A stretch of DNA of 64,000 nucleotides from Candidatus Hopanoidivoransaceae bacterium (GTDB lineage: Bacteria > Actinomycetota > Acidimicrobiia > Acidimicrobiales > Hopanoidiivorantaceae): the NCBI GenBank assembly GCA_965204495.1, contig OZ241989.1, positions 2,342,605-2,406,604 of the forward strand. The letters are read 5' to 3'. Numbering within the stretch: the stretch's first letter is position 1; every line of letters starts with the position of its first letter. This document shows, piece after piece, positions 39,998 to 48,047 of the stretch. Under the pieces are notes generated by a model. The model saw only the letters and a list, made by a program, of their open reading frames with translations, did no database searches and was not told where the DNA came from. Position numbers and translations under genes: made by a program.

Positions 39998-42583
39998 ATG
40001 TCAACAACGGACCCCCCCCCCGCAGATTTTGGGGACTCCCCTGGTGTTGAGCATTATGAGCATCGGGGGGATACACGGCTCAACAATCCGGATGCTGGTT
40101 CGGTTCGGCCCGACACCGATCCCGACCGGGATTGGGAGTTTGGGGAGTGGGCGCGGGTGCCGCACGACCCTCATCTTGACCCGCATCTGGGGATGTCGTA
40201 TGCTGGGAAGACTTACGAGCCGATGCGGGTGGAGACTCGCAGCTTGCACATCCACGAGCACATCTCCCCTATCGCCTGCATAGAGAATGTCAAAAAGTCC
40301 CGCGCTCCCGGCGGGCAGCCATCGTTATTCGGCCCCGACAGACTCCCCGCCGAAAAAGCCATAGAGTTCTACCGCCACTCGGTCGGCTGGGAGAACAGGA
40401 TGATAGCCGGCGACAGCCTGCTGGTGATGAACAGCCTGCTAGAGCGCGAGCAGATGGCGGGCAAGGTTCAGACGATCTACTTTGATCCCCCCTACGGGAT
40501 GAACTACAACAGCAACTTCCAGCCGTTCGTCGACGACAAGAATGTGTCTGACAAAGACCGCTCGACTGAACCTGAGATGGTCAAAGCATACAGAGACACT
40601 TGGGAGCTAGGCATCCACAGCTATCTGACATACATGAGAGACAGACTTCATCTGTGCAGAGAGTTACTGACAGAAGAAGGCAGCATTTTCGTGCAAATGG
40701 GAGACGAGAATTTTATGAGAGTGGGGCTGTTGCTGGATGAGGTGTTTGGAGCGGAGAATAGGGTGACGGTGATTACCTACCAAACAACAGGTTCAAGTTC
40801 GTCAGCTGGAATACCAGATGTTTGCAGCTATTTGTTGTGGTATGCAAAGAACAAAAAAGAAATGAAATATGTCCAACTGTATGAGGAGTTAAATCGAAAA
40901 GAAATTATTGAGCTGTACAGTTGGCACGCAAAAATAGAGACTTCTAACGGTAAAACACGCAGTATCACAAAAGACGAAAGTGCTAATCCAGAGATAATAC
41001 CAAAGGGCGATAAAATTTTCTGTCGCCGCATTTTGACCTCGCAAGGCTGGTCTGAGACTGGACGTTCAGAACCTTACGAATACAAGGGCAGAGTGTTTAC
41101 ACCTCGAAGTTCTGAACAGTGGAGTGTGTCTCACGAAGGTTTAGATGCTCTTGTCAGAATGGGGCGGTTAGACGATATTGAGGGAACTGCGAAAACCATC
41201 GCTTGGAAAGAATATGAAACAGAAACGCCCGGGAAGGAGATTCATAACAACTGGTCACAACTCATGCGACCTAGCAATAAAAGATTTGTGGTTGAAACTG
41301 CTCCTTCTGTGATTGAACGCTGTCTCCTGATGACCTCAGACCCAGGCGACCTAGTTCTAGACCCCACCTGCGGCTCAGGCACAACCGCCTATGTCGCCGA
41401 GCAGTGGGGCCGTCGATGGATCACCTGCGACACATCCCGCGTAGCCCTCACATTAGCCCGCCAACGCCTCACCACCTCAGTCTTTCCCTACTACACCCTC
41501 GCCGACCCTGAAGGCGAAGACATCTCACAAGGTTTCAACTACAAAACCGTCCCCTATGTGTCTGCCAAGACTCTCGCTTATGACGAACCTCAAACCTTCA
41601 CCACCCTCTACGACCAGCCCGAAGAAGACAAAAAGCGACACCGCGTCTGCGGGCCATTCACAATAGAAGCCCTGCCACCTCCCCTCGGCCCGCCACAGGT
41701 TCGCCCGTTGGAGCAGCCTGATGAAAGCGAACCCGCAGGCGACAGCGACTGGCAGCAGATGCTCTTGGACAAGCTCGTCCGCACGGGCATCAGAGGTCAA
41801 AACAACGGCAACATCGTCTTTGCCGCTATTGAGAAGCACCCTTTGCCCAACCTGCACGCAGTCGGAGAATTGGCAGACGGCAAGCAGGCTGCACTCTGCC
41901 TCGGCCCCAAACACGCATCGCTTTCCAAAACTGCTGTGGAACTGGCTATTCAAGAAGCTCAGATGCTCGTGCCCGAACCTGAAGTGATGTTTTTCGTGGC
42001 TCAGCAGTTCGCTCCCGAAGCCCAGACTGCCATAGACACCAAGCACTGGGGCAGCAAAGACCTCCGCCGTGCCGTGATAGACCCCGACATCTTCATGCAA
42101 GACCTCAAAGGAGCCAAGACCGAAGGCGACACTCCTTTCTGGCTAGTAGGCCAGCCCGACATCACGCTTGAAACCAGCGATGACAGCAAGCACATCGTGG
42201 AGATCACCGGCTTTGACTACTTTGACCCCGCGCGAGGCACATGCCTCACAGGCGGGGCGGAAAAGGTTGCCGTCTGGCTGCTAGACACCGACTACGACGG
42301 CAGAACCTTGCGACCCTCCCAAATCTTCTTCCCCACCAACGACGGCTGGAGCAAGCTGGCAAAAGACCTGAAAGCTGTGATAGCCCTTGATCTCATCGCA
42401 TCCTATAAAGGTTCAAAGTCGCTCCCCTTTGCCGCCGGCGATTACAAGAGGGCTGCGGTGAAAGTCATTGACAAAAGAGGTGTGGAAAGCATGAGAATCG
42501 TGCCTTTGCCCTATACAGAACAGCAGACCGCCGAAAAGCAAGCCTCCGAACCAGCCGATTTGAGCCCCCAAAATGCCTCCTGA
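39998..42583 (+). CDS. mod: Type III restriction-modification methyltransferase (Mod), beta-class N6A/N4C MTase
   Basis: 861 aa. Motif IV IYFDPPYGMNY precedes motif I VLDPTCGSGTTAYVAEQWGRRWITCD, which is the beta-class order. An AT-rich central region lies between them (putative TRD). It overlaps res by 11 nt. A C10 tract lies at codons 5-8. Confidence 0.85.
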   Translation: MSTTDPPPADFGDSPGVEHYEHRGDTRLNNPDAGSVRPDTDPDRDWEFGEWARVPHDPHLDPHLGMSYAGKTYEPMRVETRSLHIHEHISPIACIENVKKSRAPGGQPSLFGPDRLPAEKAIEFYRHSVGWENRMIAGDSLLVMNSLLEREQMAGKVQTIYFDPPYGMNYNSNFQPFVDDKNVSDKDRSTEPEMVKAYRDTWELGIHSYLTYMRDRLHLCRELLTEEGSIFVQMGDENFMRVGLLLDEVFGAENRVTVITYQTTGSSSSAGIPDVCSYLLWYAKNKKEMKYVQLYEELNRKEIIELYSWHAKIETSNGKTRSITKDESANPEIIPKGDKIFCRRILTSQGWSETGRSEPYEYKGRVFTPRSSEQWSVSHEGLDALVRMGRLDDIEGTAKTIAWKEYETETPGKEIHNNWSQLMRPSNKRFVVETAPSVIERCLLMTSDPGDLVLDPTCGSGTTAYVAEQWGRRWITCDTSRVALTLARQRLTTSVFPYYTLADPEGEDISQGFNYKTVPYVSAKTLAYDEPQTFTTLYDQPEEDKKRHRVCGPFTIEALPPPLGPPQVRPLEQPDESEPAGDSDWQQMLLDKLVRTGIRGQNNGNIVFAAIEKHPLPNLHAVGELADGKQAALCLGPKHASLSKTAVELAIQEAQMLVPEPEVMFFVAQQFAPEAQTAIDTKHWGSKDLRRAVIDPDIFMQDLKGAKTEGDTPFWLVGQPDITLETSDDSKHIVEITGFDYFDPARGTCLTGGAEKVAVWLLDTDYDGRTLRPSQIFFPTNDGWSKLAKDLKAVIALDLIASYKGSKSLPFAAGDYKRAAVKVIDKRGVESMRIVPLPYTEQQTAEKQASEPADLSPQNAS

Positions 42584-45431
42584 ACAAAACAGCGAAGTCC
42601 GTCCCTCCGCTAACGGCGATATGGGCCTCGTGATCAATAAACCCTACGAATGCCCCGACAAGCATTGGGACATAGACAATGAAACCGGCTGGCCTGTGCA
42701 AGTTTCAGGAAGGCGAATTTCAGAATACAGAATTCTCCCGTCAGGGTCTGCTGCTAAATCGGCTAAATCTGGCAGCGGGCAGCTTGAGATGGAGCAAGGT
42801 CAGCAGATGCTGCCCGGTCAGGCTCACAGATTTGAATTGGTGGAGCAGCTCCGAAGCAAACTCACCGGCTGGAGGCGAGACGGCTATCCCGAAGCTACGC
42901 CTGTGTCAAAGAGGCTACTGCAGCACTGGACGGCTTCCGACCGCAACTTGCCTCTGTTTTTCTGTCAGGTAGAGGCGGCAGAAACCTTCATTTATCTTGC
43001 CGAAACCAGCGATGGGGCGAAAATCGCCAGAACCATCAGCGGCAAAGGCGACGGCGGGCCTTTTGAGAGATGGTGCGCGAAGATGGCAACCGGCACTGGC
43101 AAAACCGTGGTTATGGCGATGCTGATTGCTTGGCAGACATTGAACCATCACCACAACCCCAGCCACTCCGACTACTCCCGCAGTTTTCTGGCAGTCACCC
43201 CCGGGCTAACCGTGAAAGACAGGCTGTCGGTGCTCACCCCCGGCGCAGACGGCAACTATTACGACATGTTCAGTCTCCTGCCTCCCGGTCAATACAGAGA
43301 AATCTTGCAAGCCCACGCCAAAATTCTGGTGGTCAACTGGCACAAGCTGATGTGGCAGACAGACGAAGAAATCAAAAAACGCAAAGGCGTAGACAAGCGA
43401 GGCGCGCTGTCGGACAAAGCTTGGACGCACTTCCTCTTTGACGGCCGCCTGCCCGATAACGAACCTATTGCCGTCATCAACGACGAAGCCCATCACGCTT
43501 GGCGGCTGCCGTCCGACTTGACCGAAGACGCCTACCTCCAAAAAGACATAAAGGAAGCGACTCGATGGATACAAGGCTTGGACAGGCTTCACAAGTCGGT
43601 GGGCATTTCCAGATGCTACGATTTCACCGCTACTCCGTTCATCCCTGCTGGCAAGCGAGGGCAGACGGGCGAGCGGATGTTCGGTTGGGTAGTGTCGGAT
43701 TTCGGCTTGAACGACAGCATTGAGGCTGGCATAGTGAAAACCCCTCGCATTCCTCGCCGCGACAACACCACGCAAAACAGCAACGGCGACCCGCGTCTGC
43801 CCGATTCGTATCTGTATCACATCTACAGCGAAGAGGGGGTTCGTGAAGACCTTACGAAGAAAAGGGACGAAAATGTCCGACTGCCCGACAAGGTGGTTGA
43901 TGCCTACAGGCTGCTGTCGGATTCGTGGAAAGAAACTTTTGACAGCTGGCAGTCCCAAGGTGCGAAGAGCCCGCCTGTGATGGTGTCTATCTCCAATATC
44001 ACACACACTGCTGCTCGCATTCATCACTGGTTCACAGAACAGGGCGAGGTGGGCATCGCCGCGCTGGAAGACGCCGACACGACCCTGCACATAGACAGCA
44101 CAGTTCTGAAGAAAGCCGAGCAGAACGACCAGACGGGCAAAGCCAAAGAAACGGGCGAAGCTTTGCGAGAAAAGGTGAAGACTGTCGGCGTGGCTGGCGC
44201 GGCAGGCGGAGATGTGCGCCATGTGATCTCTGTGGAGATGCTGTCGGAAGGCTGGGATGCCAAGAATGTCACGCACATCATGGGGCTGCGAGCTTTCACT
44301 TCTCAGTTGCTCTGCGAGCAGGTGATCGGCAGAGGGCTGAGGCGAACAGACTATAAGACGAACGAAGAGGGAATGCTGGAGCCTGAATATGTGCGAGTGT
44401 TCGGCGTGCCGTTCGTGTTCATGCTGCAACAGGAAGACCCGCCCGACAAAAACCCGAAGCCTCCGGCCCCGCCCCCAGAGAGGATCCACGCCGACCACGC
44501 CAAGAAGTCGCGGGAGATTTGGTTCCCCGATATTGAGCGCGTTGATCATCTGGTGAATGAGACGATTGCTATTGGAGTCGAAGACATTGAGGCTTTGTAT
44601 CTGGACGGAGACGATGTGGTGCGAGAAGCTTCGGTGCATAATGCCATGTCGTGGCTGCAGACAGAAGACGGCGAACAGATCGAGAGCAAAGTCATAGAGG
44701 GAATGCGAACTCAGACTTTGGCTTTTCGCGCTGCTGCCCAGCTCTGCGCTGAGCAGCCTGTGTTTTCGCAGAACCTTTTGATGTCGTCTCAACTGGCAGA
44801 TTTGACTATGAAATTCGCGGCTAGCCCGAAGCTTCGCGTGAGAGGCGATTCTGATAAACGAGAGATAGTGATAAAGCATCGGATGCACAGGGTGGCAAGC
44901 CATGTTTCCACGGCGATAATGGAGCATCCGAAGCAGTTCAACAGCGAGACCGCTCTGAAACCTGTCTATCGCGACTCGCACAACCCTGTTCGCAGCACTT
45001 CAGAGATGATGCCCTGGGGCACGAGAGCCGACAAGAGTAAGCTCTACTCCGACCCGAAGAAATGCCATCTCAACATAGCCGTTTGCGACAGCGACCTAGA
45101 GCACAAAGTGGCAAGAACGCTAGATCGACATAGAAATGTTAAAGCGTGGGTGAAGAACGACCGAGAACACACAGGCTTCAGAGTGCGCTATGTGCACAAT
45201 GGCATAACCCGAGATTACATCCCAGATTTCATAGTCCACCTAGAAGACGGCAGAAAAGTGATAGTAGAAGCCAAAGGCGTAGCCGAAGACGAAGCCGTCA
45301 GCAAACAGCGACACTTAGACTGGTGGATTCAAGCAGTCAACAACGAACGCAGATGGGGCAACTGGCAAAACTTCGGCATGATCTTCGAAGAAGACATCCC
45401 CCGCCTAAAAGCCCTGCTGGATGATGGGTAG
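42573..45431 (+). CDS. res: Type III restriction enzyme Res subunit (SF2 helicase plus PD-(D/E)XK nuclease)
   Basis: 952 aa. Walker A ATGTGKTVVMAMLIAW, DEAH box VINDEAHHAW, motif VI SEGWDAKNVTHIMGLRAF..QVIGRGLRR, and C-terminal nuclease-like YIPDFIVHLEDGRKVIVEAKG. Confidence 0.9.
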   Translation: MPPEQNSEVRPSANGDMGLVINKPYECPDKHWDIDNETGWPVQVSGRRISEYRILPSGSAAKSAKSGSGQLEMEQGQQMLPGQAHRFELVEQLRSKLTGWRRDGYPEATPVSKRLLQHWTASDRNLPLFFCQVEAAETFIYLAETSDGAKIARTISGKGDGGPFERWCAKMATGTGKTVVMAMLIAWQTLNHHHNPSHSDYSRSFLAVTPGLTVKDRLSVLTPGADGNYYDMFSLLPPGQYREILQAHAKILVVNWHKLMWQTDEEIKKRKGVDKRGALSDKAWTHFLFDGRLPDNEPIAVINDEAHHAWRLPSDLTEDAYLQKDIKEATRWIQGLDRLHKSVGISRCYDFTATPFIPAGKRGQTGERMFGWVVSDFGLNDSIEAGIVKTPRIPRRDNTTQNSNGDPRLPDSYLYHIYSEEGVREDLTKKRDENVRLPDKVVDAYRLLSDSWKETFDSWQSQGAKSPPVMVSISNITHTAARIHHWFTEQGEVGIAALEDADTTLHIDSTVLKKAEQNDQTGKAKETGEALREKVKTVGVAGAAGGDVRHVISVEMLSEGWDAKNVTHIMGLRAFTSQLLCEQVIGRGLRRTDYKTNEEGMLEPEYVRVFGVPFVFMLQQEDPPDKNPKPPAPPPERIHADHAKKSREIWFPDIERVDHLVNETIAIGVEDIEALYLDGDDVVREASVHNAMSWLQTEDGEQIESKVIEGMRTQTLAFRAAAQLCAEQPVFSQNLLMSSQLADLTMKFAASPKLRVRGDSDKREIVIKHRMHRVASHVSTAIMEHPKQFNSETALKPVYRDSHNPVRSTSEMMPWGTRADKSKLYSDPKKCHLNIAVCDSDLEHKVARTLDRHRNVKAWVKNDREHTGFRVRYVHNGITRDYIPDFIVHLEDGRKVIVEAKGVAEDEAVSKQRHLDWWIQAVNNERRWGNWQNFGMIFEEDIPRLKALLDDG

Positions 45432-45471
45432 AAGCTGAAGGCTCTTGGGCTGCTGCGCCAGCAGCAACCAC

Positions 45472-45900
45472 CTAGGCGACATAGGCCCGAGCCGCATCCA
45501 GAATCAGACCTGCGGAGACAAGAGCTTTCTCGGCTCTCGCTTCTGTGTATTTGTCGGCGGGCATTCTTATCTCGCTTAAGTCTTCCCACTCGGGGTATCT
45601 CACATACTCGTTGTAATCAGCAAATTCAGCTACAGACTCGTTGATTTCAAAGGAGTCATCCCACGACACATTCCTGTAAAGCTCGGGAATACTGTGCGAT
45701 TTGTAATTCTTATCAGGCACTTTGCCACCCTCCGCCTTATGGAAAATAGTGGCTTTGACAGCGTTTTCGGCAGCACCCCAAGCTAGCTCACAGGCAACCG
45801 GATAGTTGTCCGAGCCGAACACCACCTTGGATGCACCAAGCGTATATTCGGCGATCTCAAGCCAAGCGTCTGGCAGACCGGGTGGCTGGATCGTATTCAT
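45472..45900 (-). CDS. HEPN-domain protein, module G
   Basis: The ORF track starts at 45918. ATG 45900 (MNTIQPPGLPDAWLEIAEY...) gives the ATGA overlap. ...YKSHSIPELY...YVRYP...ALVSAGLILDAARAYVA. Confidence 0.75.
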   Translation of the reverse strand: MNTIQPPGLPDAWLEIAEYTLGASKVVFGSDNYPVACELAWGAAENAVKATIFHKAEGGKVPDKNYKSHSIPELYRNVSWDDSFEINESVAEFADYNEYVRYPEWEDLSEIRMPADKYTEARAEKALVSAGLILDAARAYVA

Positions 45901-46301
45901 AGCTCCAGCACCTTCCAATCTGAGTAACGAGAAAAAGCGAAATCATCCAGGGTCGTCTCAGGCAAAATCGCTTCTTTCCTCCAGAGGCGAATATGGATCC
46001 ACAGCTTGCGGACTCTCAGAATTTCGCTCGTGAACTCGTAAAACTCGTTGAATTCCCTGTCGGAAAACACAACCAGCCCCAACTCATCCGACAAGCGGGC
46101 ATCCCCCCACTTGGAAGCACGGACGAACTCCCCCTCAAACATCGCCCTCGTCACCCCCAACGCCCGCAGCTTGGGAGCCACCCACTCCTCAATCTCCTGC
46201 AGGCTAGGCACGCACTCGCCCACAGTGTCGTAGTTCGTTATGCCGTTGGCATCAGAGGTCAAGACATACCTCTCTTGGAATTCAGCCGTCTGAGTGCTCA
46301 T
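45897..46301 (-). CDS. MNT-like partner, module G
   Basis: The ORF track runs to 46532, across the divergent promoter region and the 5' end of MNT-H. By analogy with modules B, D and E I start at ATG 46301 (MSTQTAEFQERYVLTSDANGITNYDTVGECVPSLQEIEEWV...). Confidence 0.55.
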   Translation of the reverse strand: MSTQTAEFQERYVLTSDANGITNYDTVGECVPSLQEIEEWVAPKLRALGVTRAMFEGEFVRASKWGDARLSDELGLVVFSDREFNEFYEFTSEILRVRKLWIHIRLWRKEAILPETTLDDFAFSRYSDWKVLEL

Positions 46302-46431
46302 ATCACCCACTCTAGCAGGCGAGGCTGCACGGGAGGAAGCAGCTTTTTCCGAAACCACTAGGCAACAGGCGGGAAACCCTGCTGGACGCTGGGTAGAAGC
46401 AGGATCAGCAGCACCGTGATAAGATGCAGGC

Positions 46432-46794
46432 ATGAAAACCGCAGTCAGTTCGCTTGAGATCATCGGCGTGGATGAAATAGCAATTCGTCTAACCCCTGTG
46501 CTAGAGGATTTGAACGCAGAGACTGCTTTCATAGGCGGCCCCTATGTGCGTGCATTGCGAAACAAGGATTCTCGTGAAGACGATGAACTGGCACTCCTTG
46601 TCGTGGCGCATATCTCGGGCAGTTCCCTTGAACGCTCAAAAGCCATAAGACCTGCTGTGAAAGAAGCACTTGTGGGCACAAGCCTCCATCCGAGCATTGT
46701 GGCTATCACTCCAGACGAAGCGCAACAAGCTGGCGGAGCAGAAAAAGTAGCCTCTAATGTGCTAGTTGATTGGGAGAAAATTCATGGCGGCTGA
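46432..46794 (+). CDS. MNT-like partner, module H (near-duplicate of module C)
   Basis: 120 aa with only a few substitutions relative to 36858..37220. The upstream region also duplicates 36737-36857. Confidence 0.55.
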   Translation: MKTAVSSLEIIGVDEIAIRLTPVLEDLNAETAFIGGPYVRALRNKDSREDDELALLVVAHISGSSLERSKAIRPAVKEALVGTSLHPSIVAITPDEAQQAGGAEKVASNVLVDWEKIHGG

Positions 46795-46843
46795 TGCCAA
46801 CCCAACCATGAAAGAGAACAACCATGACAGAATGGCAGGCTGA
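46784..46843 (+). pseudogene. Truncated HEPN gene, module H
   Basis: MAADANPTM is identical to the start of HEPN-C. Homology stops after 46811 (..ccaaccatga) and the frame ends after 19 codons (..KENNHDRMAG*). AT-rich foreign DNA follows. Confidence 0.65.
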
Positions 46844-46910
46844 CAAGCCAGTTTCCCATCAGTCCTGATATTATGGAATGTTAGAAGGCGAACTTGTAAG
46901 GAGGACAAAA

Positions 46911-47558
46911 ATGCCGCAGTATTTGAGAACCGACCCAGAAATAATGGGAGGGCGTCCTTGCTTCCCTGGTACACGCGTGGAGTTCTCCACGCTTATTGAC
47001 TACTTGGTGAAGGGTTATACTTTTGACGAATTCATGGCTGACTTTCCAAGCGTCAATCGGGATGACGCTGTAGCGGCACTTAAAGCTGCCACACCGCTGA
47101 ATGGTGATGCTGATGTCTCAGGCGACATATCTGACAATATTCGCCACCCACGTGCTAGTGAATCTCTCAATTCGGCATTTCAGAAGATTGAGTCTCAACT
47201 TGCGGAGTGGGATAATCCGAAGAGTTCAGAAATTCGAAGCGAGCTTGACTGGCTAAAGGAATCTTCATTGTGCGATTTGCTTCAAGAAAAGCTAGATTGC
47301 TCATCTGATGAAGTCATAACTTTGATGTATCTATCCGAAGACGACGAAGCCATAGAAATGGAGTGGCGTGGCAATAATAATATCTTCTCCGTAACTGTGG
47401 ATTTGATACAGAAAAAAGCACATTGGCATAATACTGATCTGGAGAAACAGAGTGCTGAGGATGGGACTTTACCTCCTCTTGACACAGTTGAGGCGATAAA
47501 TGAAATACGCTCTCTCGTAAGAGCTACCTTTGGGGAGACAAATCGTGTCCAAGGGTGA
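46911..47558 (+). CDS. DUF433-domain protein with an unknown ~140-aa C-terminal extension
   Basis: The ORF track starts at 46878. The SD AAGGAGG (46898-46904) supports ATG 46911. MPQYLRTDPEIMGGRPCFPGTRVEFSTLIDYLVKGYTFDEFMADFPSVNRDDAVAALKAA is DUF433-like. The C-terminal part is unrecognised. Confidence 0.6.
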   Translation: MPQYLRTDPEIMGGRPCFPGTRVEFSTLIDYLVKGYTFDEFMADFPSVNRDDAVAALKAATPLNGDADVSGDISDNIRHPRASESLNSAFQKIESQLAEWDNPKSSEIRSELDWLKESSLCDLLQEKLDCSSDEVITLMYLSEDDEAIEMEWRGNNNIFSVTVDLIQKKAHWHNTDLEKQSAEDGTLPPLDTVEAINEIRSLVRATFGETNRVQG

Positions 47559-47985
47559 ACCTTATTTCTGGATACTGATCCCTGAAAGCTGTATAGAATT
47601 TCCTATCAACCAACCCAACGGCCCTAATGTTCTCACCAATACAAGCCCATTTCGTCCTAGATACAATGGCATCAACAACAGAGAAGAAGTGTCAATGTGT
47701 GACGCTGAGTATGGCGATGTCTCACCTGAGGATACTGCCGAACGCTTGAGCAGCCATCAGAGAGACACAGGACAAAATCTTCAAAAATATGCTGCTACTG
47801 CAAAGTTAACTAAAACTGATTTAGAGCGGTGTGGATTTACTATTGAGAGGGATGATGTGCCATACAATGGGCATACTAACGCTTATATTGCAGGAAAGAT
47901 GAGCGACAGAGAAAACAAGTTAAAGAGGCATCTTCTAATGAATGCTGCCAATCAGAATATCATAATCAGGATTAACCAAACTTGA
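47545..47985 (+). CDS. Hypothetical protein, possibly co-translated with the DUF433 fusion
   Basis: The ORF track starts at TTG 47530. GTG 47545 has GGGGAG 6 nt upstream. It overlaps the stop of the upstream gene. AT-rich, with no motif recognised. Confidence 0.35.
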   Translation: MSKGEPYFWILIPESCIEFPINQPNGPNVLTNTSPFRPRYNGINNREEVSMCDAEYGDVSPEDTAERLSSHQRDTGQNLQKYAATAKLTKTDLERCGFTIERDDVPYNGHTNAYIAGKMSDRENKLKRHLLMNAANQNIIIRINQT

Positions 47986-48047
47986 CTATATCAAATTTCT
48001 TAAGGTGAAGCATACACTCTTTAAAATTATGATGCAGGTTTAGAAAC

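Noticed and set aside
43206-44981. 591-aa ORF antisense to res
   Set aside because: It lies entirely inside the res coding region, which has clear helicase motifs. The product is Arg/His/Leu-rich with no motifs. This is a typical shadow ORF of GC-rich coding DNA.
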